Assembly: GCA_001938485.1 (NCBI GenBank)
Contig: MQRK01224546.1
Span: 1-64,000, forward strand
DNA length: 64,000 nucleotides
Origin: Girardia tigrina
Taxonomy: Eukaryota
Direction of reading: 5' to 3'
Part shown: piece by piece, positions 12,791 through 25,700 of the stretch
How the letters are laid out: the number at the start of each line of letters is the position of its first letter
Position numbering within the stretch: the stretch's first letter is position 1
The notes under the pieces: model-generated
What the model saw: only the letters and a program-made list of their open reading frames with translations
Databases searched by the model: none
What the model was told of the DNA's origin: nothing
Translations under genes and position numbers: made by a program

Positions 12791-12899
12791 TTAAATATGT
12801 ATAAAATTTTGCTGACTTTTCTTTCTTTCTGTGTGCTGAGTGCTATGTTTGTGTGTTTGTGAGTGTATTGTAATGTTTTAATGGATCTCCAAACATAAC

Positions 12900-15800
12900 A
12901 CATCTAACACAGATAGGAGTGTGTCATGAAGTTCTAGTATGAACTCACAATTCGTCTACAGAATCTTCTTCGTCTAACAGCCCCTTCCTGGTGTAGAAGA
13001 GTATCTCTAGGATTGTGTTTAGAATCACGAAACTCCGACAAGTCGTGGGCATCACGTCCATCACAAAAGGATTTCCACATTCTTGCAGACCATCGGATGT
13101 TTGATCGGACAGAGGCAATTGCAATGACCTTTTTCTCTGCCTGATAGGAAAACGGCAGCTAGTGGTTTGTTATTGGCAGGGATCCATGTGCCAAGCGCAC
13201 CTACAACAAATGTGTAAAGCAAAACTGTGTGATCACGGTATTTATCTTTAATTGCATCGCGGAGACGCTTGTACTTAGCCAAGTTGTCTCTGTTCGCGTT
13301 GTCCAAGTTCTCCTTCTCATCAAATGGACACTTCCCATTAATCAAACTATTCGCTTACGATCCAGAAAGAACACTTGCAAATCAACCCTCAACGTTGAAT
13401 AAACAAACCTGCAGGTGACATTTACATACAATTCAGCATTGCAATACTCTTGGATTTTAGTCTTTAAAATGTCAACCCCCGTGTGAGCATTTATATAGGC
13501 CTGAAGAGTATCGCAATGAGAAACAACATGAGCCAAAGTCTCATTGTAGCCTCTACACTTACGACAAACAACAACTTTCTGGTAACGGCGTCCAACTTGA
13601 AGTGTATAGGACCGACTACGATGAACAAAATCACATTCAAAGTAGGACAGACGACTATTGAAAACTACAGAAGTTGAGAAACCAGAAAGAGAGAGAAGAG
13701 GTGGAATGACCAGCACTAGTTTGCTTCTTCTAGTACAGTCCGTCGCATATTTATTAGAACGGATGAAATTTGATTGAAATATTTGAATTTTAAATTTTTC
13801 AATAAATAATTATTTCAAGGTTAAATATATTTTAAATTTAACAAATTTCATTTACAGGTATCTTGTTTTAATAATATGTTTAAACGTTTATTATTTAAAT
13901 TCATTTAATATTCATTAGAACGATTTTATATTTAATTTATTTGTAAATATTATTTGTGTTTATATTATATAATTCAGGTTAGATGTATGATTTAAATATT
14001 TTTATTTATTTTAGAAATTATTATGAATCATGAAATTGAAATATTAAGAGATAGGCAAGCTGAAATGTCGTTTGGAAAATTAGCTAAAAATATGGAATAG
14101 TAAAGTCAGATACCCATTATATTGTTAACTCTAGTGAAAACGAAAAAAGAAAGACTGGACCAAAAGAAAAATTAACCAAAGGCGATAAACGAAGGATCCA
14201 AACCGTTCTCCAAATGAAGGCTACCGAAAATGCTAAATGTTCAAGTAATGACGAACTAATGGTGGAAGAAACCTGATACGATTCATTCTGTAAAAAAATG
14301 GAGATAAGAAGAGATGGATGACTGTCACCAAATTTGACGGTGATCCCATATTTCTCATGTAGAATATGGATTACATGTTGGATTTTATTCCACCAGGATC
14401 CAACAGCCGATTGTTTATAACCCGTATTGATCCAGTCAAGGATACTTACACGACTCATCAGTTTTGAGACATGTCGCAAAGTAATTCGAGCAGCTTCTTT
14501 CACAAAGATATCAGGTGATGTTAGAAGGTAGTATGAGTGTGTGACTCATTGCACAAGATACTCATCAAATGTAGATGTAAGACCTACTCCCCCATGAACT
14601 TTGAAAGAATACAGGTAACCGCTAGAAGCTGATACATGAAGACTTAACAGTTCTTTGTACTTCATTCTAATCAGAACATCCCGACCTGTTGTAAAAGCAG
14701 TCAGATCTGGAAACGGAATGTAAGTGTTACGAAAGTAAAACACCATTTTAGAATGCACAAAGGTCTGATAAGCATGAAATTTTTGAGAAGGAGAGAAAAC
14801 AGAGTTCTTCAGAATCTCAAGATCATCAAGAACATTCTTAATCACTTGTTCCGGAGTGTGACGAAGAAGACGGGAAATAAAACAACCCAAATAAACATAA
14901 CCTTCATCAGCCTTTTTGTGTGGAATCGGTTGATCATCAATTGTTTTCATGATATGGAAAGTCCATATAGGCACACTTTGAACGTCGGAACTCCGTACCA
15001 GTGAGTTTGATATACTTCGAAGCAGTGTTAACCAAAGTTTGAAGAGCAAAGCTAGATGTGCCAAAGAGAACTAAATCATCTGCATATGCCATACAAGAAA
15101 TGGAAGTTTCACCCATCCGAACTCTAAGAGGGAAACCTAACGATAAAGCTTATTTAAAATGGGGTTATACCGATATTAAATAGAAGCATTGAGAGGGGGC
15201 AAACCTATCGAACACCAACATTCATTGCAAGACGGTCAGTACTTTGACCTTTACAGACGATTTTAGTGTGACAGTCGCGATACAGTTCCCGAATTATTTC
15301 AATAGAGTTGAGACGAAGGCCCATTTTGTCGAGGACGAAAAGGATATATTCAACAGAAATAGTAATCAAAAGCCGCCGCAATGTCCATGAAGGAAAGATG
15401 AAGCTCAGCTTTCATACCATTCGTATAATAATCAATGATGGCACGAAGAAGAAAAGTGTGATCAGTACAACCATTCGCTGGACCAAGACTTTTCTGAAGA
15501 GGGTGGAGCAGGTTGTTCTCTCGTGTCCAATCATTAAGCTGCCAGTAGAGGAGAGTTGTAAACAACTTGTACAAACATTCCTGAAGTGTAATTCCCCGTC
15601 AGGAGGATGGAAGATGGTATTCACCCTCCTTATCAGCTTTTGTTATCATAAGAGGGCTAAATGTTTTCAAGTCAGTCGGAACAGTCTTGGTTTTCAAGAT
15701 CATACGAAAGATTTTCTCGCAAATTATCCCTTCACAGGTCACAATAGAGGATATCTTTATAAGAGATACAACTTTGGCCGGGTGAAGACTTATCCTTCGA

Positions 15801-18800
15801 CTGAAGACAATTCACAATTTTAATACTGGATGGAGGTTGGAAATCAAACTCAGCTTTACGAGAGTAAGGGCAATCAAAAGAGTCTAGAACAAAGAGAGTA
15901 GCACGATTGTGTTCATTTACATTATCAGTAAAAGCCTGCGGAGAAGGTTTTGCAGTAGCTTTAACTTTAGGTCGAATGATATCCATGAATGCCTTTGGAT
16001 TGCATGTATAGAGTCTCTGCAATTGATCGTTATTTAAACGTTTCTCATTAACTTCAGCCGATCCAATATATGGAGATCTCAGTTTAGCAGGGCGGATGCT
16101 GTAGATGTGCCCGGTAAATGCTGAACAAATTGTGCTGAGATCAGAGCTGGAATGATCCCGGATAATTCTGACAATTCTGACAGAGTCACAGCGAGTAGAA
16201 GTAGTCGGGTGAGGATTGAATTTTGGCTGATGATTTCGCAGAACAAACTTTTGAGTAAAAGTACGGATGGTGTCCATGTTAATCCGATTATCAAAAGAGA
16301 CACCTGATAAATTTCTCATGTATCCACAGATAAGAGATCAACTGTCAATAAACTTGTAGGAAGTGACTATATTAGGTGGAGAGTCAGAGTAAACCATACT
16401 GATAAGACAAAAATTAGAGCAGAATTGGGTGAATTTATCAATAATTGATTCATATATAGATAGTTGTTGGAGGCCAATCGGATCCCAAATGGAGATTGTG
16501 TTAGAGATTAGATCAGAAGCGACAAAAATCGACCATGTCTGACGGCAAAACAGAGGGTATATAAGTTTCTTTTTATGAGCAAGATCTCTAAGACAAAGGT
16601 TTTCCATAATAAAGTCTCGGTTCACGACAGCGATGGCTCTAGAGAGAGTGGATGGGACGACAAAAACATCCTTACAGTTGATTGACGCTTCAGCAAAAGC
16701 ATCCACATGTCGGTGAGAGAATGAAAGGAAAGGGAGAAGGGAAGCGCTAGCAGGACCATTCCCAATGTCATCCGAAAAGGTGCAATTTTCCAATGAATAA
16801 ACAACTTTATGAATCAACAATGCCGATATATCCAAGTTGGAGCCAGGCACAACATGGTTGTGGTCCCTACAGAAGTTCGTATATACATTAGTGAATCGTT
16901 GAATAAGAGAGCAAGGTTTTAGGGAGGTAAAGAATTCAGAGAGGACCTGGGATGAGTAAACTGATCGTTGAGGACGGTCAGTAACAAAAGTGCAGAAAAG
17001 TTCAACAACAGAATCATCAATAATTTTTTCACCACAAGCAGCAGATTCCCGTAGTTTACCTATAGCTTTAGTTCTGTCTATTTGACGACCAGCCGATTTA
17101 GAAATAGAGGAGTAAATCGAGAATTTGATTAAGAAGGATTTGACGTTTTCTTCAGAAAGAGGACTGGTACAATCAGCCGAAGCAACTCAAAAGACTCGGA
17201 AAAATTCCATGTAAGGTTGGATGAAGAAGCCTTCAGATTTTATAAGAGAGTTACAAATTTTAAAGAAGGATTCCTTGTCAATGAATTTAAGCTTAGGAGA
17301 CTTAATCGGAGCCTGTTCATGACCTGATTCCAAATCAGTATTAGAGGTAACATCAAAGGATAAATGTTTGAAAAAAGAAGTAAAGGAGAGATTCGAGAAA
17401 AATCCACAGTTGCTGAAGACAAAATGAAAAGTCATAAAGGAGACAAAAGCAGAGAACAAGTTTGTAACAGTAGGAGTGGAAAAATGATTCCTTTTCTTGA
17501 AGGTTTCAATTCTTGCCAAAAACGATTTCTTATTAATGAAGTCCGATTTGCCATTAAGGATATTGAATTTAATAGGTTTATATCCTAAGCTAGTAACGCA
17601 GCTCAACATAGTGTCCGAAAAGATACTATATGACTCAAAATTAAATTTACTGCAAACAAAATTAGTGAACCGAGAAAAGCAATACTGATTGATAATTAAA
17701 GGAAGACGCCTCTTCAAACAGTATCGATCAAACGCCTGGAGAAAGTTTCCATAGTATAACAATTTTATCATTGAACCGATTGGTAGCAGTGCTGTTATTA
17801 GAGAGATAGGATGCAAAAAACTGCCTAGAACACTATTTGAGTAAGGACCCATTAAGGTGAAATCAATATCTAAGCAAGTGACCGCAAGAATTTTGTATAG
17901 ATAGCTTCAGACCAAGTGAACTGAATTTTATTCTTTTTTGAGAAGATAGACAGTTTTTGTTGAAGTCTCGTATTATTAATCTTGATCTTCCTACTGTTAA
18001 ATATGTTAATAGGGTAGCTAATCGCAAGATAATGAATGAATTCAAGAAAAATTTCATCATTATCAGGAAAAGGATGATAGATATTTTTAAAAAGCAAAAA
18101 GGCAAGGAAGCTGTCAACCACCAGATCAGTTCCAAACATGAAAAACCCGTTTCTCTGAGCAATAGAGGCATATTTATCTAAAGAAGCGACATGATCAAAT
18201 GAAGACAGTTCACCATTGGCAGATACAAAGGCAACTTTGTCTATATTCGTTTTCAAAGTGGAGAGATGAATTTCTGTAAACTTTTGAAGAGTTGGATCAG
18301 AGAAGATATCTTCAGGATTACAGCTATATTGGCAGGTAATAAACCGCAGGAAGATAGAGAAATTCTGATCCGAGTCCAGAGAGATGTTAATGGCCTTTCT
18401 TATAAAAAATGAGGAGAATGATAATGAGAAGGAGAGTTTATTAACACGCAAAGAGCCACCATTGAAGATATTAACTCCTTCCTCCATACAAAAGAAATGA
18501 AAAAATTCCTCAAAAGTTTTGTCAGGGAAAACATCAATAGAATTGAAATCAAAAGTAGAAGATAAAAAATGCACAAATCTAGTTTTCACCACAAATCTAG
18601 TTTAAAATTTCCCGCATTCCAAAAAATCGATTAAAATAATTGAAAAAACTTTCTTCACATATTTGGTTAAAAAGAGAGAGGTGCTTATTAAAAATAAATT
18701 CCTTTGGCTCCGTTGCAGTCACTTTCAGGTGAGGGACAGAGTCCTTCACTCTACCGGTTTCCCCCATCGGATCCATCATTCTCACACTTCCGTCAACATT

Positions 18801-19100
18801 GATTACTTCATCCAGGCACTAGGGTTCATGGCTTGTCCTGATTGTAACAGTTATCCAAACCATGATGTACCACTGGCCCAGAATCAGTATTCTCAGAGTC
18901 AATGCTGGGTTCGTGTGAGAACTTCTCGTGTCACACAATTTCACATTACACAGAGTAATGTTACCCGAAGGCGACACCGATCCCCCACCTCTATGTGCCG
19001 TGGCCACCAGCTGCTCTACGCATCCTACCAGCCGGAGATTCTCCCTGTGAATCGCAGCGGTTTGATGGCACCCGTCCAGAGGGTGTGGCAGGAGGTACTT
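12900..19100 (-). mobile_element. RLE-type non-LTR retrotransposon (NeSL/Utopia-like, R2 group), degenerate, with Ulp1-like domain
   Basis: Long N-terminal ORF pieces 17187-18785. Ulp1-like YPLFCRQTWSIFVASD..IWDP..ICGY (16320-16570). RT motifs HPLQK..GCTDH, FMDIAAAFD, GVR*VCPLS, AYADDL (~15080), YVYLG, HGGVGL. CCHC CRKC..ETLAHVVSHC. RLE RVDL..KCPFD..KY..VGALGTW. Ends approximate. Confidence 0.9.
13736..14210 (+). mobile_element. 5' fragment of a Tc1-like element inside the NeSL-like element
   Basis: TA|CAGTCCGTCGCA terminus, AT-rich leader, HTH-like MSFGKLAK...KRKTGPKEKLTKGDKRRIQ. Confidence 0.55.
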
Positions 19101-19753
19101 GTAGGGTACTAGGTTGTCGAGCCTTCCATTTTTTTGTAAAACACCTACTGGGTTGACGATATAGTTCACATTGACAACCTCTGCACTAAATACTAACTGC
19201 ATATAAGATGAATAGTATACATGTTTCTCTGTGCCTTGTTTTTATGCTTCACTCTTATGTCTTCTAAATAGATATTGTTTTATAATATCATCTTGGTCTT
19301 AATATTTTCGCTAGTATGATGATTAAGACTTTCTTCGAAATATGTACCTCTGATGAAAGAGATCTATGCTGTTGGTAACCAACTACCTCCAAATGCATAT
19401 AATATTTGGATTTTGACAGAGTTTAATAGTTGCATTTTAATGCTTAAGAGAACGATTTTTTATTACACTTTTCATTTTGTTTGAGATTTCCGGGAAATTG
19501 GAGTTTTCAACGGTCTTTTTCTATTTTGTACCTTTATGTTCACTGATTTTGCTTGATCATTACTTTATTGATTGAGAAAATGAACAACAGTAAAAAATCT
19601 TTTCAGAAAACATTTCTCTTTGTAATAATAATAATAATAATAATTTATTAATGCTAATAATGTTGTTTTTAACATTAAAAAATGTCAAATTAAAAATATT
19701 ATATTTGTCAAAATATATAATGTTAATAAAAAATATCAAATGTAAAGTAATAT

Positions 19754-22700
19754 TCAAACAATGGTTATAAATTTTGAGCTTGAATTGTCAGTTTCAATTT
19801 CAAAATCTGGGGCCAGAAAAAAGTTCAGAAAAGCTCCATATGCAGCAGCACCAAGGCCGAATGTATGACTGGAACATTCTCCTGAAAGGGAACAAATTAA
19901 GTTAATTAAGATATGTATTAAATTATCGAAGTTATTAGTGAAGAAAGACCTTTCATTTGACTATTTCTGCGTTTGGAAATACGCAATATTTCTTCTGAAC
20001 CAAATTCCTTTCTGAACGATTCAATATTTTAAAATCATAATTCGGGAAATCTTACTTTTCAATTTGATTTTGATTTTCGAAGATTTCCTTGAAACAACCG
20101 GTGTTTGGATCTTGAGATTTTATCAGTAAATGTAAGCTGCATGGTGTAAAAAAGTCTATATAATGATATTGACCCCCACATATAACGACTGAAATAAACA
20201 ACTGTAATGTATTCAAGATTTATACATTGTTAATATTTATATTATTTATTAAAGTTCGATCTTACCATCTCCTTGTGTTCTTTTTTTAGAAGTCTCGTTT
20301 TTATGTAATAAATAAAGAAATCGTAATAGCGAAAATGAATAATAAAATAACCTACAAAAGTATTCTTTTTCTACTGTATCAATGAGTCAGCTTATATAAG
20401 CAACATATCTTGTCGTTTTGTTTTGAAATTATGATGAGTTAGTGAAAATTTTTAATTTGCCAAATAATTTATAAAAAATTTTAATTTAAAATTCTAAGAA
20501 AAATTAAATAATTAGTAAAACATTAAAAATACAATATTGTTCATATGATAAAATCAAATTCGATATTGGTGTCATCAGTCGAATTTTCAATAACAATATG
20601 TCGCAATTCGTATTCACTTACAAACAAATCCAAAATATCGAATTCACTCAATGTTTTTTTATGATAATGAATAGTCTGATCTACAAAAAAAAGAGAAAAG
20701 AAAGAGTGGCAACCCGGAAACGTTTGAGAGAAATAGAACCGGCACAAATGAGAGCAGTTGGTCAGGTGAAGTTTTGGATCCGACAACGTTTGATGCAGGC
20801 CACTGATCATATTGAAACTAAAACTGTGAATCCCAGTGTTTTAATTGTTTTTCAAATAACGCAAAAAGTCAGTTCTCATAAAAGTAAGACGAAAAAAGCA
20901 TTAATTGAAAGGTGAAAATAAAATGAAACATTGAATCAAAGAATGGTGTAGTGTATATTGAATCAGAAACCGAAGTCTCAATATTCATCAAACCTTCCTG
21001 CATCAGGACACATTCAAAAAGGAATTGAAGATAATTCTTTGAATCATCAAAATTCCAATTCCCAAACAAATTTTTCAATAAATTCTTTTAATAATTCTTC
21101 CATCGTCATGAAAACCATCAATAATGTCAGAGAAAAGACTCTTCTTCAGAATCTAAAGAAGCTGCTGTGTTATTTGTTGACGGTATCACTTATATTGTCA
21201 CTTTTTGCCCGTCAATATATAAGCAAATAAAGTCATCGAATGTTTACACGAAACTATTGTTCAATTTGACTAATTCAATCATTTTATTTATGTGGTTTCG
21301 TAATAAACAGTGATAAAGAGCAAGTGGATAAAATAAAAATTGATGATTCAGAAAACGATAAATTTAATCAGCCCATGAAAAAGGCTCGAGGAGGTTCGGA
21401 TGAAAGCTTAGATGAAAGCTTAGCTCAATTTTTCCAAAAACGAAATTAAAAATGTTAAAAACAAAGACTAAGACAAAAGTGAAATTAAAAGTATCTCGCC
21501 AATCTGACTTTTCTGCAGTATATGATATAAACAGCGATATCGGGTCACCTATAGCAGATCGATATATTGTTGTTTGTGGTAATTCTTCTATAAAAGAAAT
21601 TGTCTAATTTAGAATCAGGTGTAAATAAAATAAAGAGTAAACAACAGTCCATGGATTTAAAATTTAATCAATTAAAGAAAATCGTATCAGACAATGATTT
21701 GATTTAGAGTTGCATGTTTAAATTTGCTTATGTATTAAATTTGATGACTGTTAAAGGGTTGAAAAACATTTGTTCGTGTCTCTTAGATTTTATAATTAAA
21801 AAAACAATTATTAATTTTGGTTTGAATCTGAATTTGTAAAAAAATATTTTCAATTTTATTAATCAAATTTGAAATTATTGTAATTTTATCAGTCCTAAAT
21901 AATTGTAAAAATCGATTTAAGTTCGATTAGAAATTCGTAAAAAATTGTTGGTTTTGTTTTATCGAGTGAAATTTGTTTTTCTGAGGTCGCGTGATTTCAA
22001 AATAAAAGTTTTTCGCCACGTATTTTTTTTGAATTCAATAATAAAATTTTTGAATAAAATCAATCAATTTTGTGATGAAGAAATGAGACTGATTCGAATA
22101 TTGCCTTGGATTCGTATGTACATGAGCGACAAATTCACTGTTTGAGTTCCATCAACACAAATACACCGGTTCGATCGTCATTTTTGAATCGTGAGATAAA
22201 CCGCCGTTCCGATACAATCGAAATGATCGATTAGGCTCTGGCGGATCTGATTAACGTTGATTTTAATAAAGAGTCATACGTTTTTCCCTGGGGTAATTAC
22301 AGTGTTAATCAGGAGATTGAGCGGCTCTGTGAATCTACTTGTCCGATTTGTCACGATTTTGATGAGAGCTCAACAGAGTTGTTGGAGCGTTTACTACAGC
22401 TGTTGATCTTCCTTCCGTCTGGCTGTTTCTTAATTGGTTGCGAAAACTCGATAAAATCCGTTCAAAAATTGATAGAGAATTTCCTCGCCATTGGATCGAT
22501 TTACACCGACCAACTGGTCAACGTTATCGAATCGAGCCAACCGAAAATCGTATTCTTCAGCGTCGTCGGCGTCCAGACAATCCCAAAAAAGAAAAAATGA
22601 GACTGATTCGAATATTGCCTTGGATTCGTATGTACATGAGCGACAAGTTCACTGTTTGAGTTACATCAACACAAATACACCGGTTCGATCGTCATTTTTG

Positions 22701-25700
22701 AATCGTGAGATAAACCGCCGTTCCGGGAAATTTCGGGATCGCGAATGTTATTATTTAATTTCTCCTCTCGAGCCAGAGTCTACCCACAAATGCTTGAGCG
22801 TCGCGGCAACGCAACCGCTGCGAAATCCACTCTCGCACCACTCAATATTAAGAGAAATATCAAACCGGACAGCGAAAAAGATTTCATCATAGAGGTCTGC
22901 GCAATGGTCAAATAGGAATTTGTCCAGAAAGTCAACACCTGCAACACAATCTAATCAAATCCCGAACATATTTTAATCCTCTTTTGAAAGATCATGGAAA
23001 TGATGTTAGCGACTGTAGCTCGGGCAGTCTGTCGGCTCAATTCAGCTCCGAACCACTTAATTGTCGCGATCATTTCTGGTCGAAGACCGCGCTCAGTCGC
23101 CGGCCCGTCCTCTGAAAATTGAGACACGCCGGTCTGGTCGTTGTTTCAGTCAGGTTTCGGAAAGTGCGCTGACTCGAAGGATTAAAATAAGATGATGCGA
23201 GCAAGTGTTGGCCAAAATCTGAAACGAGAGCGATTTTTGAGTCGGTGATAAAGAGTCATTTGTTTCCAGAAGGCATAACAAACATCTTTGTTTTATAAAA
23301 TTTATTATTTTTCATTTTAACACTTTTTATGTATTTAAACAACCGTCTTGATCTTCACATTTTTCATTAATTATTGTTGTGTCAGTTCTAAATAAAAAAT
23401 GTTTTTTGCGTTAATTTTGGTATTACAGGTATATGTGTTAATTTTTACATATTTTTAATTATAATAAAACAAACAGAATTCAAGGATGTTAGAATTAATA
23501 ATTGAATCAATAAAATATATATATATATTTCAAATTGTATTATTATTAAATATTACAATTTATTCACATCCCAATAAATTGGTGTCAGAAATTTTCAATT
23601 TCATTAAATTATCGACAAAAAAAACAATGAATTATTTACCAAATGTTATCATCATCGTTATCTTATTCAATTATTGTTGAACGAAATAATGTGAATCGTA
23701 TCAACCCTGTTTCCCACTGGAAATGTCATTCAAAAGTCTCACACTTGGTGAAGTCCTCGACGGCGATCGAATGACCAAATCGCTCTATCGTATCCGATTC
23801 CCGCAAAACACGGAAAATTCGATTCTCTGTCGCGTCTCGTTGACACAATCCGACATGCAGCGATTTATCCGCTCTATCGAGTATCTCTACTATCTTGAAT
23901 TCGTGTTGGACGAAATTCTGATCATCGGATTCATCGGCAATCTCGAGGAGAATAAATTGCTGTAGCACATGCACAAAGCAAATCTTTACACGCACGATGA
24001 CATCCGTATCGAGTTTAAGGGGAATCACATCATTTACCCGTTGATCTTGATCACACAATCAGATCCGATCCCTCTCGCCGCGTTCGTCGATCGCAATAAA
24101 TCGGTAATTTTCACTTTCAAGTTCTCGGTCATATTGATCGAGATAGAAATGAGAACCAGCGATCGATTAGAACGGATAATCAATATGATTTTTTTCTGGG
24201 TGACAGTTGAGATCCACTGGATTACTAACTTTCTCGTGCTCGTGTTCATCTTGGTCACGTTTATCATGTTCATAATCAGCCGATTTTTGAGACGAGATTT
24301 CGTGAGATATAATCGATTGATTGAGTCAAATGAGTCATTGGGAGACGATCAAGACGACCTTGGATTGAAGATCGTTCATAACAACGTCTTTCACCCACCA
24401 TACGGCTTGCTCGTGTTTTCGGCGATTGTTGGGACTCACTGTCAACTGTCAACTACCCATGTGCACGATCCTCACATCCAAATTAAAGAAATTATCCAGC
24501 AACATTCTCGTAAAAATAAACTTTTGAAATCCCCGTCTGTTAAATCAAAAAATGCACCAAAAGTCCGGAAATTGAGTCAAAATTGTCGATCGAATACCGA
24601 TTCAGAGAGCAGTACAAACAATGACTTCAAATCAGAGGTTATAATTAATGATCTTTTTAAAATTTTAACATATATTATGTTAATTATACATGTACATAGA
24701 AACGTTTTATTTTGTATCGAACATGCACAACAATAACCAATAGTGTATGAAAAAAACACAAAAAACCTCTAAAATTATACATTAGGTCACAACCAGAAAA
24801 TATATTACGTAGAGTTTCAAAACGGAACCACAGTCAAAAAATTATATACATATATTACAGAAAAAATCAAAATACCAACACATACTCAATTCTTTCTAAC
24901 TACAATGAGCAAATTATTCCTTTTTTCAAACCAGCCATTGGCAATGTCATTGCCGCATTCCAATCACCACTACGTTGACATACATATAAAAGAACGTAGA
25001 AGGATGGAAAATGAAAGGGACACTAATGTTAAACACTTTACCCCACCGTGCGTTAAGTTTTTTTAGATTCTCAAAAGTCCGCGACCTCGTGGCTTCAAAT
25101 TCACGAGAGTTGGACTACTGCATCCAATTTAGGAACTGAGACCCAAAAAGCATATAGTCTTCTTTCACTATTACCCCAGGAATATTTGGCTAGAATAACC
25201 AACTTACCAACTATCTTAGCAAATACATCAGCCTACAATAACATAAAACAAGCAATTATTTGGCTCACAACACTGTCACAACATCAATTACTTCAAACTT
25301 ACTTCAAATCAAATTCTATCGGCACTACCCGTCCATCTCAATACTTAAAATAGGCCCAGACCGACTTAATGGCATTAGGAATCTCGATTACAGACTACAA
25401 TATTTTCAAACAACTATTTACCAGCACGTTACCGCCACAACTGCAAATATTGTTATCAGTCGTTCCTCAATCGGTTTCCGTCGTAGAATTGGCAAAAATT
25501 GCGACTTTGTCAATAGAGATCACTAGGGCTAACCAAGAACAACCAGCTTTAATAGCAAAAGTTAGCACACAACCATCTGAGATCGAGATCTTGCGTTCTG
25601 AAATGCAATCATTTAAGGACGCGGTAACACAACTAACAGCCAGTATCGCCAAACTACCCACTTATTCTAATCGTTCTCGCGTTAAAAGTCCACAAGGCGA

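Noticed and set aside
20266-20352. Extra phase-compatible exon-like segment in the C16orf89-like gene
   Set aside because: It would interrupt the conserved DII.E.I..CG motif and has no homology support.
20541-21450. Short ORFs in the large intron
   Set aside because: No recognisable domain or consistent splice structure.
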